From the IMG/VR virus record IMGVR_UViG_3300028048_000042: a stretch of 64,000 bases of DNA; one strand, given 5' to 3'. This document shows, one piece after another, positions 27,862 through 37,280 of this stretch (its first letter is position 1; each line of letters opens with the position of its first letter). The notes under the pieces are model-generated. The model searched no databases. It was not told the origin of the DNA and saw only the letters and a program-made list of their open reading frames with translations. Position numbers and translations under genes: made by a program. Origin of the DNA: a virus (Duplodnaviria; Caudoviricetes).

Positions 27862-28692
27862 GTGAACATAGAGTTAAAAAAATCTTTAATGCCACCAACA
27901 CATATTGACATTTCTTACCCAAGAGATAATAGTCATATTGTTGTTACATGGAATGAAGTAAAAAAACCTAAAGGCGTTTCTAAAAACGATAATTCTGCAA
28001 TAAAATATAATGTGTATAAGGGTTTAACACAGAATGGTATTTTTTATAAGATAAATGGAAAACCTTTAAATTCAAATAGATTTGAAGATTATGATTTATC
28101 AAGAAATCCAAATGTTCAAAATTGGTATAAGGTATCTACAGTATATGAAAATGAGGGAGAATTGATTGAAGGTGCATTGTCACAACCACGTTGCTTCCAA
28201 GTTCGAAATACCGATAGATGGTTTATGAAAATGAATGAGCGAAATTTGTGGATTCTAAAAAATACAGGTATGTTGTTTGACTTATATACGAGAAAATATG
28301 ATGGGGAACGTTGTCCTCGTTGTTTTGATGAAATTCGTGGTCGTGCAGGAACTCCTGATTGTGCTATTTGCTATGGTACAGGATATGTGGGCGGTTATGA
28401 CCCTGCATATCAATTGTACGTGCGTTTAAAACCCTTCCAAACATCTATGGATGTAACTCCTAACCAAATGATGATTCAAAATGCTCCTACAGGTGCATGG
28501 ACGATTTCAGATACAAAGATTATGAATAGAGATATTTTGATTTCACCAACAGGTACAATGTATCAAGTAATTAATTCTATGATTAATCAAGCAGGAGGTT
28601 ATTTATTCCATCAAGAACTAAATTTGAAGCCTTTTGACCCTAATGACCCAATTTATATGATGAAAAGGACAACTTTATATCCGAGATTATGA
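27862..28692 (+). CDS. Neck/head-closure-like protein with N-terminal Fn3-like domain and Zn finger
   Basis: VTWNE...YNVYK...F.KIN...FED...YKV (Fn3-like); RCPRC...DCAICYGTGYVGGY; GAGGTGA RBS. Confidence 0.6.
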   Translation: MNIELKKSLMPPTHIDISYPRDNSHIVVTWNEVKKPKGVSKNDNSAIKYNVYKGLTQNGIFYKINGKPLNSNRFEDYDLSRNPNVQNWYKVSTVYENEGELIEGALSQPRCFQVRNTDRWFMKMNERNLWILKNTGMLFDLYTRKYDGERCPRCFDEIRGRAGTPDCAICYGTGYVGGYDPAYQLYVRLKPFQTSMDVTPNQMMIQNAPTGAWTISDTKIMNRDILISPTGTMYQVINSMINQAGGYLFHQELNLKPFDPNDPIYMMKRTTLYPRL

Positions 28693-28746
28693 TAATAATG
28701 AATAAAAAATTTATATTTTTTATATAAAATGAAAGGAAGTTGACAC

Positions 28747-29874
28747 ATGAAATATTTAATTAAACGTGTTGCTGAAGAAATTGAAAAGTCTGAATCTGAA
28801 TTACAAGACGCTGTTGATAAAGAACTTCATGATTATGTAGAAAATCCGAATTCTACAAATAGCGAAGAATTAAAAGAAGCTGTACAGGAATATGATTCTG
28901 CTGATACTTCTTTAAATCAAATTCCTGCGTTGTTTAAAAAATTATTGGAGCAGGGTAAGTTCTGTGGAGATAATTTTGATAATGGCGGTGGTAAATATGA
29001 TAAAGCTACTGAATGGTTGAAAGAAAATGGCTATGGTAACTTTGTTTATGATAAATACAATCGAAGTGAAGAACATAACAAGGCGGTAGAAGATAAAAAC
29101 GACTATAAAACATCTACTATCTCCAACGTTTTGAATGTTATTAAAGAAGATGATGTTATTCTTGACGTTCTTCGTAAATCAAAACAAAAAGCTCCTATTA
29201 CATATATCTCTGTGTATGAAGGAGATAAAAGCGGTAAAGGTCGTATGACAAAGGATAAAAATGGCAAGAAATGTTGGCAAAGAAATCAGCGTTTGAAAGA
29301 TTATGTTCCTTTGGTAGAACAGGTCTTTGACCACGTAGAATGTAAAAATGGCATTATTACTGCTTATGATGATGAAGATTTGAAAAAGGAAGGAAAAGCA
29401 AGTATGAAAAGATTGGCTAGTATGTATGGTGAAACACGTACAGAAGAAGATTTAAATTATTATTTCCCTAAGAAATTTGAAGATGTTGGGATTGAAGGTG
29501 TAAAGTGCGAATATGATGGTGGCGTGAGAGTTGATTTTTCAGGTAAGCCAATGACAGATAAATTGTTAAAAGCACTTACTGCAAAAGATGGCGACCCATA
29601 TGAAGAAATTTTGAGCACTCATTTTGCAGGCAGTAAAGAAGAATATCAGAATTTCAAACAGCAGTTTATTGATGGAACTACTTTTGGTTTTCATGGTGAT
29701 TTTGTTGGTGATGTTGAAGTTGCTATCAATTACAATACAAATTTCGATTGGATTGAAGACTTGAAAGATGAAATTGCTGATGGTTTAAGTTATCTGATTT
29801 CCGATATGCTTGAAGATATGAATAGTGAATTTGAAAAAGATTTCTACGAAGAACAGAAATCAGAAGAAGAATAA
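28747..29874 (+). CDS. MKYLIKRVA-led protein carrying a class I SAM-methyltransferase-like domain plus a second acidic domain
   Basis: NFDNGGGKYD (motif I-like), VYDKYNR, ISNVLNVI, YISVYEGDKSG; internal KASMKRLAS linker. Confidence 0.55.
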   Translation: MKYLIKRVAEEIEKSESELQDAVDKELHDYVENPNSTNSEELKEAVQEYDSADTSLNQIPALFKKLLEQGKFCGDNFDNGGGKYDKATEWLKENGYGNFVYDKYNRSEEHNKAVEDKNDYKTSTISNVLNVIKEDDVILDVLRKSKQKAPITYISVYEGDKSGKGRMTKDKNGKKCWQRNQRLKDYVPLVEQVFDHVECKNGIITAYDDEDLKKEGKASMKRLASMYGETRTEEDLNYYFPKKFEDVGIEGVKCEYDGGVRVDFSGKPMTDKLLKALTAKDGDPYEEILSTHFAGSKEEYQNFKQQFIDGTTFGFHGDFVGDVEVAINYNTNFDWIEDLKDEIADGLSYLISDMLEDMNSEFEKDFYEEQKSEEE

Positions 29875-29878
29875 ATAC

Positions 29879-29909
29879 AAAAAACACTAGGAAAAACCTA
29901 GTGTTTTTT
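29879..29909 (+). terminator. Rho-independent terminator
   Basis: AAAAAACACTAGG-AAAAA-CCTAGTGTTTTTT. Confidence 0.85.
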
Positions 29910-30042
29910 ATTTGTCAAAATTTAAAATGTATTGATATTCAACGGACACTAAAGAATTGTTATGGTAGTGAACAAAAAAATAAAGTAAATAAACATAAAT
30001 ATTTAATTTCTAGGAAGAACATCAATAGCAAAGGGTGATTTT

Positions 30043-30705
30043 ATGCTGATGGAAAATGCACTCAAACACACAAAAGATGTTTTCATCCAATTTTTGAGAT
30101 TGTATTTAAACAATCCTAAAAATTATCAGAAGAAACTACCTCAACAGATTAGTGATAATCATTTCACTGAATGTGATGTATATGATTCTCAACCTGAAGA
30201 ATTGAGAAGATTTCCCACAATCATTATTACGGCAGGTTCAGGAAACATGATTACTAGCGGTTTGGGGGATATGTGTTCTGAGGTGTTAGACCCACGTACA
30301 GGGTCGGTTATAGCTTATCGTTATCAGGGTATTTATGAATTCTCTATAACGGTAGATATAGGTTGCAAAAATCCTCTTGATAGTGAAGTTCTTACTGATA
30401 TTGTAGCAAAGGCTTTACGTTTTTCTCTAAGGAGAGCAATTCAAAATCAAGGGATTATAGTAAAAGATGCTTCGTATGTTGGGCAATCAACATTGGAGTA
30501 TAATTCAGATTTGATTTATGTCACGCAATTAAAATTTAATACATGGTCTACATGGATTGAAGACGTTGACTTGCTTGACCCAGATGAATTTAATTTGGAT
30601 TTGTCTATGAGTACGAGATTGTCTAGTGGCGAAAAGTCTGAACCTATAAGAGTTAAACCAAATAAAAATAACAAAGGTAATGGAGAAGAAAGTTCTGATG
30701 AATGA
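30043..30705 (+). CDS. Tail terminator/tail completion-like protein
   Basis: Directly upstream of the sheath; RFPTIIIT...YEFSITVDIGCKNPLDSEVLTDIV pattern typical of tail-terminator folds. Confidence 0.55.
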   Translation: MLMENALKHTKDVFIQFLRLYLNNPKNYQKKLPQQISDNHFTECDVYDSQPEELRRFPTIIITAGSGNMITSGLGDMCSEVLDPRTGSVIAYRYQGIYEFSITVDIGCKNPLDSEVLTDIVAKALRFSLRRAIQNQGIIVKDASYVGQSTLEYNSDLIYVTQLKFNTWSTWIEDVDLLDPDEFNLDLSMSTRLSSGEKSEPIRVKPNKNNKGNGEESSDE

Positions 30706-30734
30706 CCATTATCTTGGAAATGGAGGTATTAAGT

Positions 30735-32900
30735 ATGCCATACAGAGTTCCTGGGGCGTATGCTCGATTTGTAAAAACTGCTAGTCAGGTCAATAATGTC
30801 GGTGCGACACGAGTTTTGGGTTTGATTGGTACAGGCGCAAATTACTTTGAAGTTTATAATGAAGCTGTTAAAAAGAGCGATAGTCAGTCCTATGATAAAT
30901 TGAAGTACAATAACGTATTTGAAATTATTTCAGTTACTGATAAGGCTTTGAAAGATGGTGCTATCGTAAGAGGTTCTGCTGTTTATACCGAAGGTGAAAC
31001 AGAAGCATTTACATTGAAAGATGGAAATAAAATTGCTTGGAATACTATTACAGATGGTGAATATAAAATTCATGCTTTGGCAAATGAACGTAGTTTACAG
31101 CTTCGCGACCAAATCACTGTTATTGTAAACGACAATAAAGAATATGAAATTGTTGATGGTTCATATACTTTGGAAATTACTTATTTGGAAGATGCATTTG
31201 ACCATGCAGATACAGCTCATGTTAATTGCGGTTGCTATCGTGTAACAGATAATTCTTCTAAGAAAATCCTCGGTGAATGGGGCGTAAGTGAAGAGTTTAA
31301 TACTGAAGCAATTCCTGGTCTTAAAATTAAAATTACAGACTTGTTTGTACCTGATGTAAATGGTGATTCAATTACTCATGTCGGTGATAGTGTAACAATT
31401 ACAACTAAAGCACCAAAAACTGAAATTGAAGCACAGATTGCTTGGGATGATTCAATTGTTCAGTATTCACAGAAACTTCGTGAATCTTTAATGCCATTGA
31501 ATGCTACAGAAACAGATGATGAATCTAAATATGAATATTTCATGTTCACAGATTCTTCTAAAGTAATTGATGGTAAATTCGTTATTCAGGTAACTGACCC
31601 ACTTACAAAAGAAATTAAAATTTATCAGGAAGATGAACTTGGCGGTGAAATTACACCTGCTCTTTATGAAGGCCCAATCGGTAAGATTGATGAATTCCTT
31701 GATGTAATTCCTGGTTATACTTTCATCTTGAAAGATTTTGATTCTTCCGCTATTACTACAGGCGATTGTGTACGTCTTGTAACAAAAGCTAGTGTATATG
31801 GTAAAGCAATTCCTGAAGATAAAGTATACTATGTTTCTTATAAATATAAGAAAGATGAAAAGGATTATGAACCAAAAATCTTCTATGATTATGAAGACGT
31901 TATTAATGAATACGGTAACTATGATGTAACTGCTTCTTCAATCGTAACAAATTCCTTGACACTTGGTGCGGAATTAGCCTTTAAAGCAGGCGTTGCTCCT
32001 ATTGTTTGTGTTCAGGCTAAGAATGATTCAGATTACGAAATGAAAGCGGCAATTGATAAGCTTACAAAAGATGTTGCAGGTGCGGAAAATGTCAACGCCA
32101 TTGTTCCTCTTACAACTTCTCCAAGCGTAGGTGCATATTGTCAGACTCACGTTAATAGTATGTCTGCTGAAAGTGGTCGTCATGAACGTATGGTTTATCT
32201 TTCTGCTTATGCAGGTCAGCCAATTAATAAAAATGCTACCGCTGCTGATAAGTCTCTTGGTATGAAACAGCAGGCAGAAGCATATTCTGATGAACGTGTT
32301 GTTTATGTAGCTCCTGGTCGAGTTAAATATGATGTTAAGAATATTCAGACAGGTCGTATTAATACTCGTACACTTCCTGGTTGCTACTTGGCACTTGGTG
32401 TTGCAACAGTAGCATTTACTCATGATGTAGCTGAACCACTTACTCGTAAGAAAATTGGTTGCGGTTTCACAGGTTTGGTTGATAGTTATCGTGAAATTGA
32501 AAAGAATGCTTTGGCTGAATCAGGTTGCTGTGTAATTGAAGAAAAATCAAGCGGTTTGCGTGTTCGTCACGGTATTACTACTAAGGATGATGAAATTAAT
32601 ACAACAGAAATTACACTCATTCAGATTAAGGACTATGTTATTGCGCAGGTTCGTAAAACTTGTGATGAAATGTATGTTGGTATTAAAAATCTTCCTTCTG
32701 CGAAATCCAATATCAAATATACTATTAATAGTATTTTGAGTCAGTTCGTATCACAGGAAATTATTCTTGGTTACTCAGGCCCAACTGTTAAGGATAGTCC
32801 TGATGACCCACGAGAAGTTCTTGTTAATTTCGAAATCGAAGCTGTTTACCCACTCAATTATATTACTATTAGCTTTGGCTTTAGTTCAACAGGTGCGTAA
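30735..32900 (+). CDS. Contractile tail sheath protein
   Basis: MPYRVPGAY N-terminus; EPLTRKKI, RVRHGITT, EITLIQIKDYV, YPLNYITISF C-terminus; GGAGGT RBS before ATG 30735. Confidence 0.88.
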   Translation: MPYRVPGAYARFVKTASQVNNVGATRVLGLIGTGANYFEVYNEAVKKSDSQSYDKLKYNNVFEIISVTDKALKDGAIVRGSAVYTEGETEAFTLKDGNKIAWNTITDGEYKIHALANERSLQLRDQITVIVNDNKEYEIVDGSYTLEITYLEDAFDHADTAHVNCGCYRVTDNSSKKILGEWGVSEEFNTEAIPGLKIKITDLFVPDVNGDSITHVGDSVTITTKAPKTEIEAQIAWDDSIVQYSQKLRESLMPLNATETDDESKYEYFMFTDSSKVIDGKFVIQVTDPLTKEIKIYQEDELGGEITPALYEGPIGKIDEFLDVIPGYTFILKDFDSSAITTGDCVRLVTKASVYGKAIPEDKVYYVSYKYKKDEKDYEPKIFYDYEDVINEYGNYDVTASSIVTNSLTLGAELAFKAGVAPIVCVQAKNDSDYEMKAAIDKLTKDVAGAENVNAIVPLTTSPSVGAYCQTHVNSMSAESGRHERMVYLSAYAGQPINKNATAADKSLGMKQQAEAYSDERVVYVAPGRVKYDVKNIQTGRINTRTLPGCYLALGVATVAFTHDVAEPLTRKKIGCGFTGLVDSYREIEKNALAESGCCVIEEKSSGLRVRHGITTKDDEINTTEITLIQIKDYVIAQVRKTCDEMYVGIKNLPSAKSNIKYTINSILSQFVSQEIILGYSGPTVKDSPDDPREVLVNFEIEAVYPLNYITISFGFSSTGA

Positions 32901-32932
32901 TAGTTAGTTAATTTTTTGAAAATATATTGTTG

Positions 32933-32962
32933 TGGCAATTAGGTAAATTTACCTAATTGCCA
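32933..32962. repeat. 30-bp perfect palindrome between the sheath and tube genes
   Basis: TGGCAATTAGGTAAATTTACCTAATTGCCA; no T-tail. Confidence 0.85.
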
Positions 32963-32990
32963 TGATGATAATAACAGGTAGGTGAATTCA

Positions 32991-33623
32991 ATGGCAATTG
33001 TAACAGGTACAAGCGCCGCTTATACTTCTGACACAAATAAATTTTTGCATACTCAACGTGCCACAGGTATGCCTGAAATTACCGATAATAGTTCTACGTT
33101 GCCTATTACAAGTACGAACATTGAGGTTTATTCTAATGGTATGAGACTTGGCTTTGTACAGTCATTCACTCCATCAGAACAGAGAACTATCAAGAAGGTA
33201 CAGGAATTAGGTACTGAAGGTGTAGTTCAGTCAGTTCCAGGTAATACTAATGGTGGTCAGATTGCTATTTCTCGTTTTGCAATCTTTAATGGCAACTTGT
33301 ATAATGCTTTAGGTTTGACCCCAACAGGTAAATTCGCTAAAACAGAAGACCAAGTTAATAATGATGCTACAACATATAGTGCAACAACTAATACACTTGG
33401 TAATCCTTTCAAAACATTGAAAGAACAGCGTGTACCACTTGAATTACAGGTAAAAATGCGTATGCCTGATATGGGTGCTAGTGCGTATTACATTGAAACA
33501 TATATTGATTGTTGGTTGTCACAGTACAGTAAATCAATCGTTACAAATGATATTACTGTTACTGAATCAGCAACAATTCAGTACAGTGATGTATATTCTT
33601 CATATACAAATGTAGAAGAATAA
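32991..33623 (+). CDS. Tail tube protein 1
   Basis: Follows the sheath; GFVQSFTPSEQR..VQELG.EGVVQSVP, YIDCWLSQYSKS. Confidence 0.8.
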   Translation: MAIVTGTSAAYTSDTNKFLHTQRATGMPEITDNSSTLPITSTNIEVYSNGMRLGFVQSFTPSEQRTIKKVQELGTEGVVQSVPGNTNGGQIAISRFAIFNGNLYNALGLTPTGKFAKTEDQVNNDATTYSATTNTLGNPFKTLKEQRVPLELQVKMRMPDMGASAYYIETYIDCWLSQYSKSIVTNDITVTESATIQYSDVYSSYTNVEE

Positions 33624-33642
33624 GGAGAGGTGAATTAGACTT

Positions 33643-34317
33643 ATGGCTTATGATGCAACTAAACATTTTAATAACTTTGGTCAGAACACCTCTACAAATA
33701 CTCACCGTGCTACTCGAAATGATATTCGTGTAGCCAACAATACAATGAAACCAAATGACCCATACGATAACGTTGCGGCAACTACTTCCACAAACATTTT
33801 CGTAATGGCAAATGGTTGTACTGTTGGTATGATTCAGAGCTTTACTGTAAATGAATCTCGTCAGGTTCAAAAATTACAGGCTATTGGTTGGGAAGGTGTT
33901 GTTCAGGCTGTTCCTGCAAATACTGATGGCGGTACATTGAATATTACTCGTATTGCTCTTTATGAATCAAGTATTTGGAATGCTTTAGGTTTGACCACAA
34001 GTGGTGTTCCATTTAATGAATTGGGAACAAAAGTATATGATAATCCTGATGGTACAGATTCAGCAAATTGGGATAAAGCAACCCATGTAAATATGCCTGA
34101 TGGACATAAAACAAATACACGCTTGGTATTTAAAACTTTGAAAGACCAAAGAGTTCCTTTGGAAATTCAGGTTAAGACACGCCGTGAAGGTAGTAAAGAA
34201 GAATACTATATGGAAACTTACATTGATTGTTGGATTCAGAGTTATTCACGCTCGTATAGCGTTGGGAGTATAACTGTATCTGACCAGGTCACTGTATCTT
34301 ACGCGGATGTGTACTAA
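33643..34317 (+). CDS. Tail tube protein 2 (paralog of tube 1)
   Basis: GMIQSFTVNESR..LQAIG.EGVVQAVP, FKTLKDQRVPLEIQVK, YIDCWIQSYSRS. Confidence 0.8.
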   Translation: MAYDATKHFNNFGQNTSTNTHRATRNDIRVANNTMKPNDPYDNVAATTSTNIFVMANGCTVGMIQSFTVNESRQVQKLQAIGWEGVVQAVPANTDGGTLNITRIALYESSIWNALGLTTSGVPFNELGTKVYDNPDGTDSANWDKATHVNMPDGHKTNTRLVFKTLKDQRVPLEIQVKTRREGSKEEYYMETYIDCWIQSYSRSYSVGSITVSDQVTVSYADVY

Positions 34318-34336
34318 ACAAAATAAAAATTATTTT

Positions 34337-34366
34337 AAGAACCCTTATAAAATAAGGGTTCTTTTT
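34337..34366 (+). terminator. Rho-independent terminator
   Basis: AAGAACCCTTAT-AAA-ATAAGGGTTCTTTTT. Confidence 0.85.
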
Positions 34367-34394
34367 CTATAATATAAATAGAAATAAGTTTAAA

Positions 34395-34450
34395 AAAGTT
34401 TAATGTAGTTATGTAAATTTTTTTGTGAAAGTTTGCTGTAGTTATGTGAA
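34395..34450 (+). repeat. Imperfect 23-bp direct repeat upstream of the HNH gene
   Basis: AAAGTTTAATGTAGTTATGTAAA (34395) and AAAGTTTGCTGTAGTTATGTGAA (34428). Confidence 0.65.
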
Positions 34451-34468
34451 AAAGAAAGGAAAATAATA

Positions 34469-35653
34469 ATGGCTAAATTTGAAGACAAAACAGGAAAAAG
34501 ATATGGAAAATTGACAGTGATTAGTCGCGCAGAAAATGACAAATATGGACGAGCAAGGTGGCGTTGTAAATGTGACTGTGGAAATGAAATCGTTGTGGAT
34601 GCAGGACATTTAAATCAGGGAAATACAAAATCTTGTGGCTGTCAGAATAAATTTTATACAAATAATCCACAAAGAACACATGGAATGACGCATACACCTG
34701 AATATACTGCTTGGTGCGACATGAAAACTCGTTGTTATAACCCTAATAGTAATCGCTATGAGCAATATGGTGGACGAGGAATTAAAGTTTGTGACCGATG
34801 GAAGAATTCGTTTGAAAACTTCTTTGAAGATATGGGTGCAAGACCATCAAATAAATATTCTCTTGATAGAATTGATGTAGATGGAAATTATGAACCGAAT
34901 AATTGTCGTTGGGCTACTGAACAACAACAAGCAAATAATAAAACAACAAATCGTTTTTTGACATATAATAATGAAAAACATACTATTTCTGAATGGGCAA
35001 GAATTATTGGTATTAGTCCCAATTTAATGCAAGAAAGAATTTCAAGTGGTTGGACAGTAGAAAAATGTATCACTTATGGCAAGTCCAAGAATAACGTTTT
35101 AAAAGCAAGAAAATCAAGAAGAAAAACTGAATTAGTAATCCATACTTATGATGATTTTAAGGATGAAATTATTGATATATCTGAATTAAATAGTCGTAGT
35201 AAAAATCTTATTGGAGAACGATTTGGTAAATTGACTGTAGTTGCATTAACTAAACCAATTTTTTCAGGAAAACAGAAGAAATTGTGTTGGCTGTGTAAAT
35301 GTGATTGTGGAAATTATCATATTGCTCGTGGCGATAGTTTAAAAAACGGACACAATACGTCTTGTGGATGCGGTAGTGGTCGAGCAGAAAAATATAAAAC
35401 ACATGGATTTTCTCAAAGACCTGAATATAGAGTATGGACAAATATAAAACAATGGTGTAACAATCCAAATCACAAAAGGTATTATCAATATGGCGGCGCA
35501 GGTGTTAAGGTTTGTGAAGAGTGGGAAAATTCATTTGAACAATTCTTGAAAGACGTTGGCGAAAAACCATTGCCATATAGTGAATATAAGTTAAGCAGAC
35601 ATGATTTGGATGGAGATTTTAACAAAGATAATTGTTATTGGACAAGAAGGTAA
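34469..35653 (+). CDS. Homing-endonuclease-like protein with two tandem HNH-type units
   Basis: Two copies of G.RF/YGKLTV...W.CKCDCGN...SCGC...HG...EY..W...C.NPN...YGG.G.KVC..W..SFE.F; first copy SLDRIDVDGNYEPNNCRW. Confidence 0.85.
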   Translation: MAKFEDKTGKRYGKLTVISRAENDKYGRARWRCKCDCGNEIVVDAGHLNQGNTKSCGCQNKFYTNNPQRTHGMTHTPEYTAWCDMKTRCYNPNSNRYEQYGGRGIKVCDRWKNSFENFFEDMGARPSNKYSLDRIDVDGNYEPNNCRWATEQQQANNKTTNRFLTYNNEKHTISEWARIIGISPNLMQERISSGWTVEKCITYGKSKNNVLKARKSRRKTELVIHTYDDFKDEIIDISELNSRSKNLIGERFGKLTVVALTKPIFSGKQKKLCWLCKCDCGNYHIARGDSLKNGHNTSCGCGSGRAEKYKTHGFSQRPEYRVWTNIKQWCNNPNHKRYYQYGGAGVKVCEEWENSFEQFLKDVGEKPLPYSEYKLSRHDLDGDFNKDNCYWTRR

Positions 35654-35665
35654 AGGAAGGTATAA

Positions 35666-36769
35666 ATGAAATCAGTTTTAAGACAATATATTAACAATAA
35701 GGAAATTAATATTCCTGCAAAAGATTGGGCAGATATAAAAGAGGATTATAGTAAAGAAGATATTGTAAATGCTTTGGCTAATCTAATTGCTAATGAAGAA
35801 ATTCAAATGCCTATGGCAAAAATCACATTAGAAGAAGCAATTGAAGCAGAAAAAGAATTGGCAGAATTAGAAACGTCAATTAAATACGGTACGTTTTATA
35901 CTAGATATGAAGATTCTAAAATTCTTTCACAGAGTTATTTTGATGAATCAAGTAAATATAATGCAGCTTCGAATTTCTTTCATCAATATAATCGTTTTTT
36001 GTGTGATAGTGTCAATTCACCTTCTCCATATAGAGTTTTTCATAATGAAAAATTTGCTAAATCTATGTGCAATGCATTATTTTCTTTAAAATGTAAAACT
36101 GTGGATATGCAGACTTTGTATTCTTGTCTTGCTTTAAGAAAATATGTGGCAAATCAATTCAAACCATCTATAGCAAAGGCAGTTTATGATTATTTTAATG
36201 CTGAGAATGTCGTAGATTTGTGTGCAGGTTGGGGAGATAGATTGGCAGGCTTTTATGCAGGCAAAACAACCAAGACATACTTTGGTATAGATGCTAATCA
36301 GAATTTGCAAGAAGGGTATTCGCAACAGATTAAACATTACTCTCAATTATTTCCTAGTAAGAAAGCTCAAATTATTTATGGGGCAACAGAAGATGAAGAT
36401 ATTGTGTTGCCAAAATGCGATTTCATTTTTACATCACCCCCTTATTTTGGAATTGAAAAATATTCTAAAGATGAAACACAAAGCTATTTGAGATATAGAA
36501 AATTTAATGCATGGCTTGAAAATTTTTTATTTGTATTGATTGAAAAATCGAAAGATGCTTTGACGGATGGTGGACATTTGGTGTTGAATGCATCAGATGT
36601 GTATATGAATCATCAGATAAATGAAATTTGTCATCCTATGATGGAATTTGCACAAAAGATTGGTTTGCATTTAGTAGATGTTTTTGGAATGAGAATGGCA
36701 AAAAGAGTGAATAGCAAATCTAGTAGAAATGGTGTATTTTGCGAACCGCTATATGTATTTGAAAAATAA
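35666..36769 (+). CDS. DNA amino-methyltransferase (m6A/m4C)
   Basis: VDLCAGWGDRL (motif I), GID, FTSPPYF (motif IV). Confidence 0.85.
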   Translation: MKSVLRQYINNKEINIPAKDWADIKEDYSKEDIVNALANLIANEEIQMPMAKITLEEAIEAEKELAELETSIKYGTFYTRYEDSKILSQSYFDESSKYNAASNFFHQYNRFLCDSVNSPSPYRVFHNEKFAKSMCNALFSLKCKTVDMQTLYSCLALRKYVANQFKPSIAKAVYDYFNAENVVDLCAGWGDRLAGFYAGKTTKTYFGIDANQNLQEGYSQQIKHYSQLFPSKKAQIIYGATEDEDIVLPKCDFIFTSPPYFGIEKYSKDETQSYLRYRKFNAWLENFLFVLIEKSKDALTDGGHLVLNASDVYMNHQINEICHPMMEFAQKIGLHLVDVFGMRMAKRVNSKSSRNGVFCEPLYVFEK

Positions 36770-36771
36770 TA

Positions 36772-36800
36772 AAAAGGAGCACAACGAATGTGCTCCTTTT
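36772..36800. terminator. Bidirectional Rho-independent terminator
   Basis: AAAAGGAGCACA-ACGAA-TGTGCTCCTTTT between converging genes. Confidence 0.8.
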
Positions 36801-36886
36801 ATATTGCAAAAAAATAAAAATTTTGATAAATTTTGGCAAATTTTTAGAAATTTTATATAAAATTTGTGATTTTTTTTGAAAAATTT

Positions 36887-37177
36887 TTAAATTACTTGAA
36901 AATATCCATTGTCTGTAATTTCGAATGGCTTACTCCAATCACACGGTGGCATGGCATTTTCATCAATAATTTCCCAACGCAAACGATATGCAGGTGCAAA
37001 TCCATCTTCATCTAATTCGTCACCTAATTTAACTGCAATGCCTTGATAATATTCTTTCATATTGTGACCTTTATAAATAGAATCATAATATGGAATGCTA
37101 TTGACAAGAATATATTCTCCATCAGGAAGTTTGATACTACCATAGTCTTCTTTAAGCATATTGTATTCTAAAATCAT
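36887..37177 (-). CDS. Small hypothetical protein; the only credible minus-strand gene
   Basis: Strong GGAGGTG RBS on the minus strand; fills an intergenic gap; AYRLRWEI...CDWSKP. Confidence 0.75.
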   Translation of the reverse strand: MILEYNMLKEDYGSIKLPDGEYILVNSIPYYDSIYKGHNMKEYYQGIAVKLGDELDEDGFAPAYRLRWEIIDENAMPPCDWSKPFEITDNGYFQVI

Positions 37178-37280
37178 TTAATTTCCACCTCCCTAAGAAA
37201 ATAATAATCAGAAAGTGATTGAATTATGCGAAAATCGTATTAGTTTTTTGAGACTAACTTTAAAGAAATGAGGTACAAAT

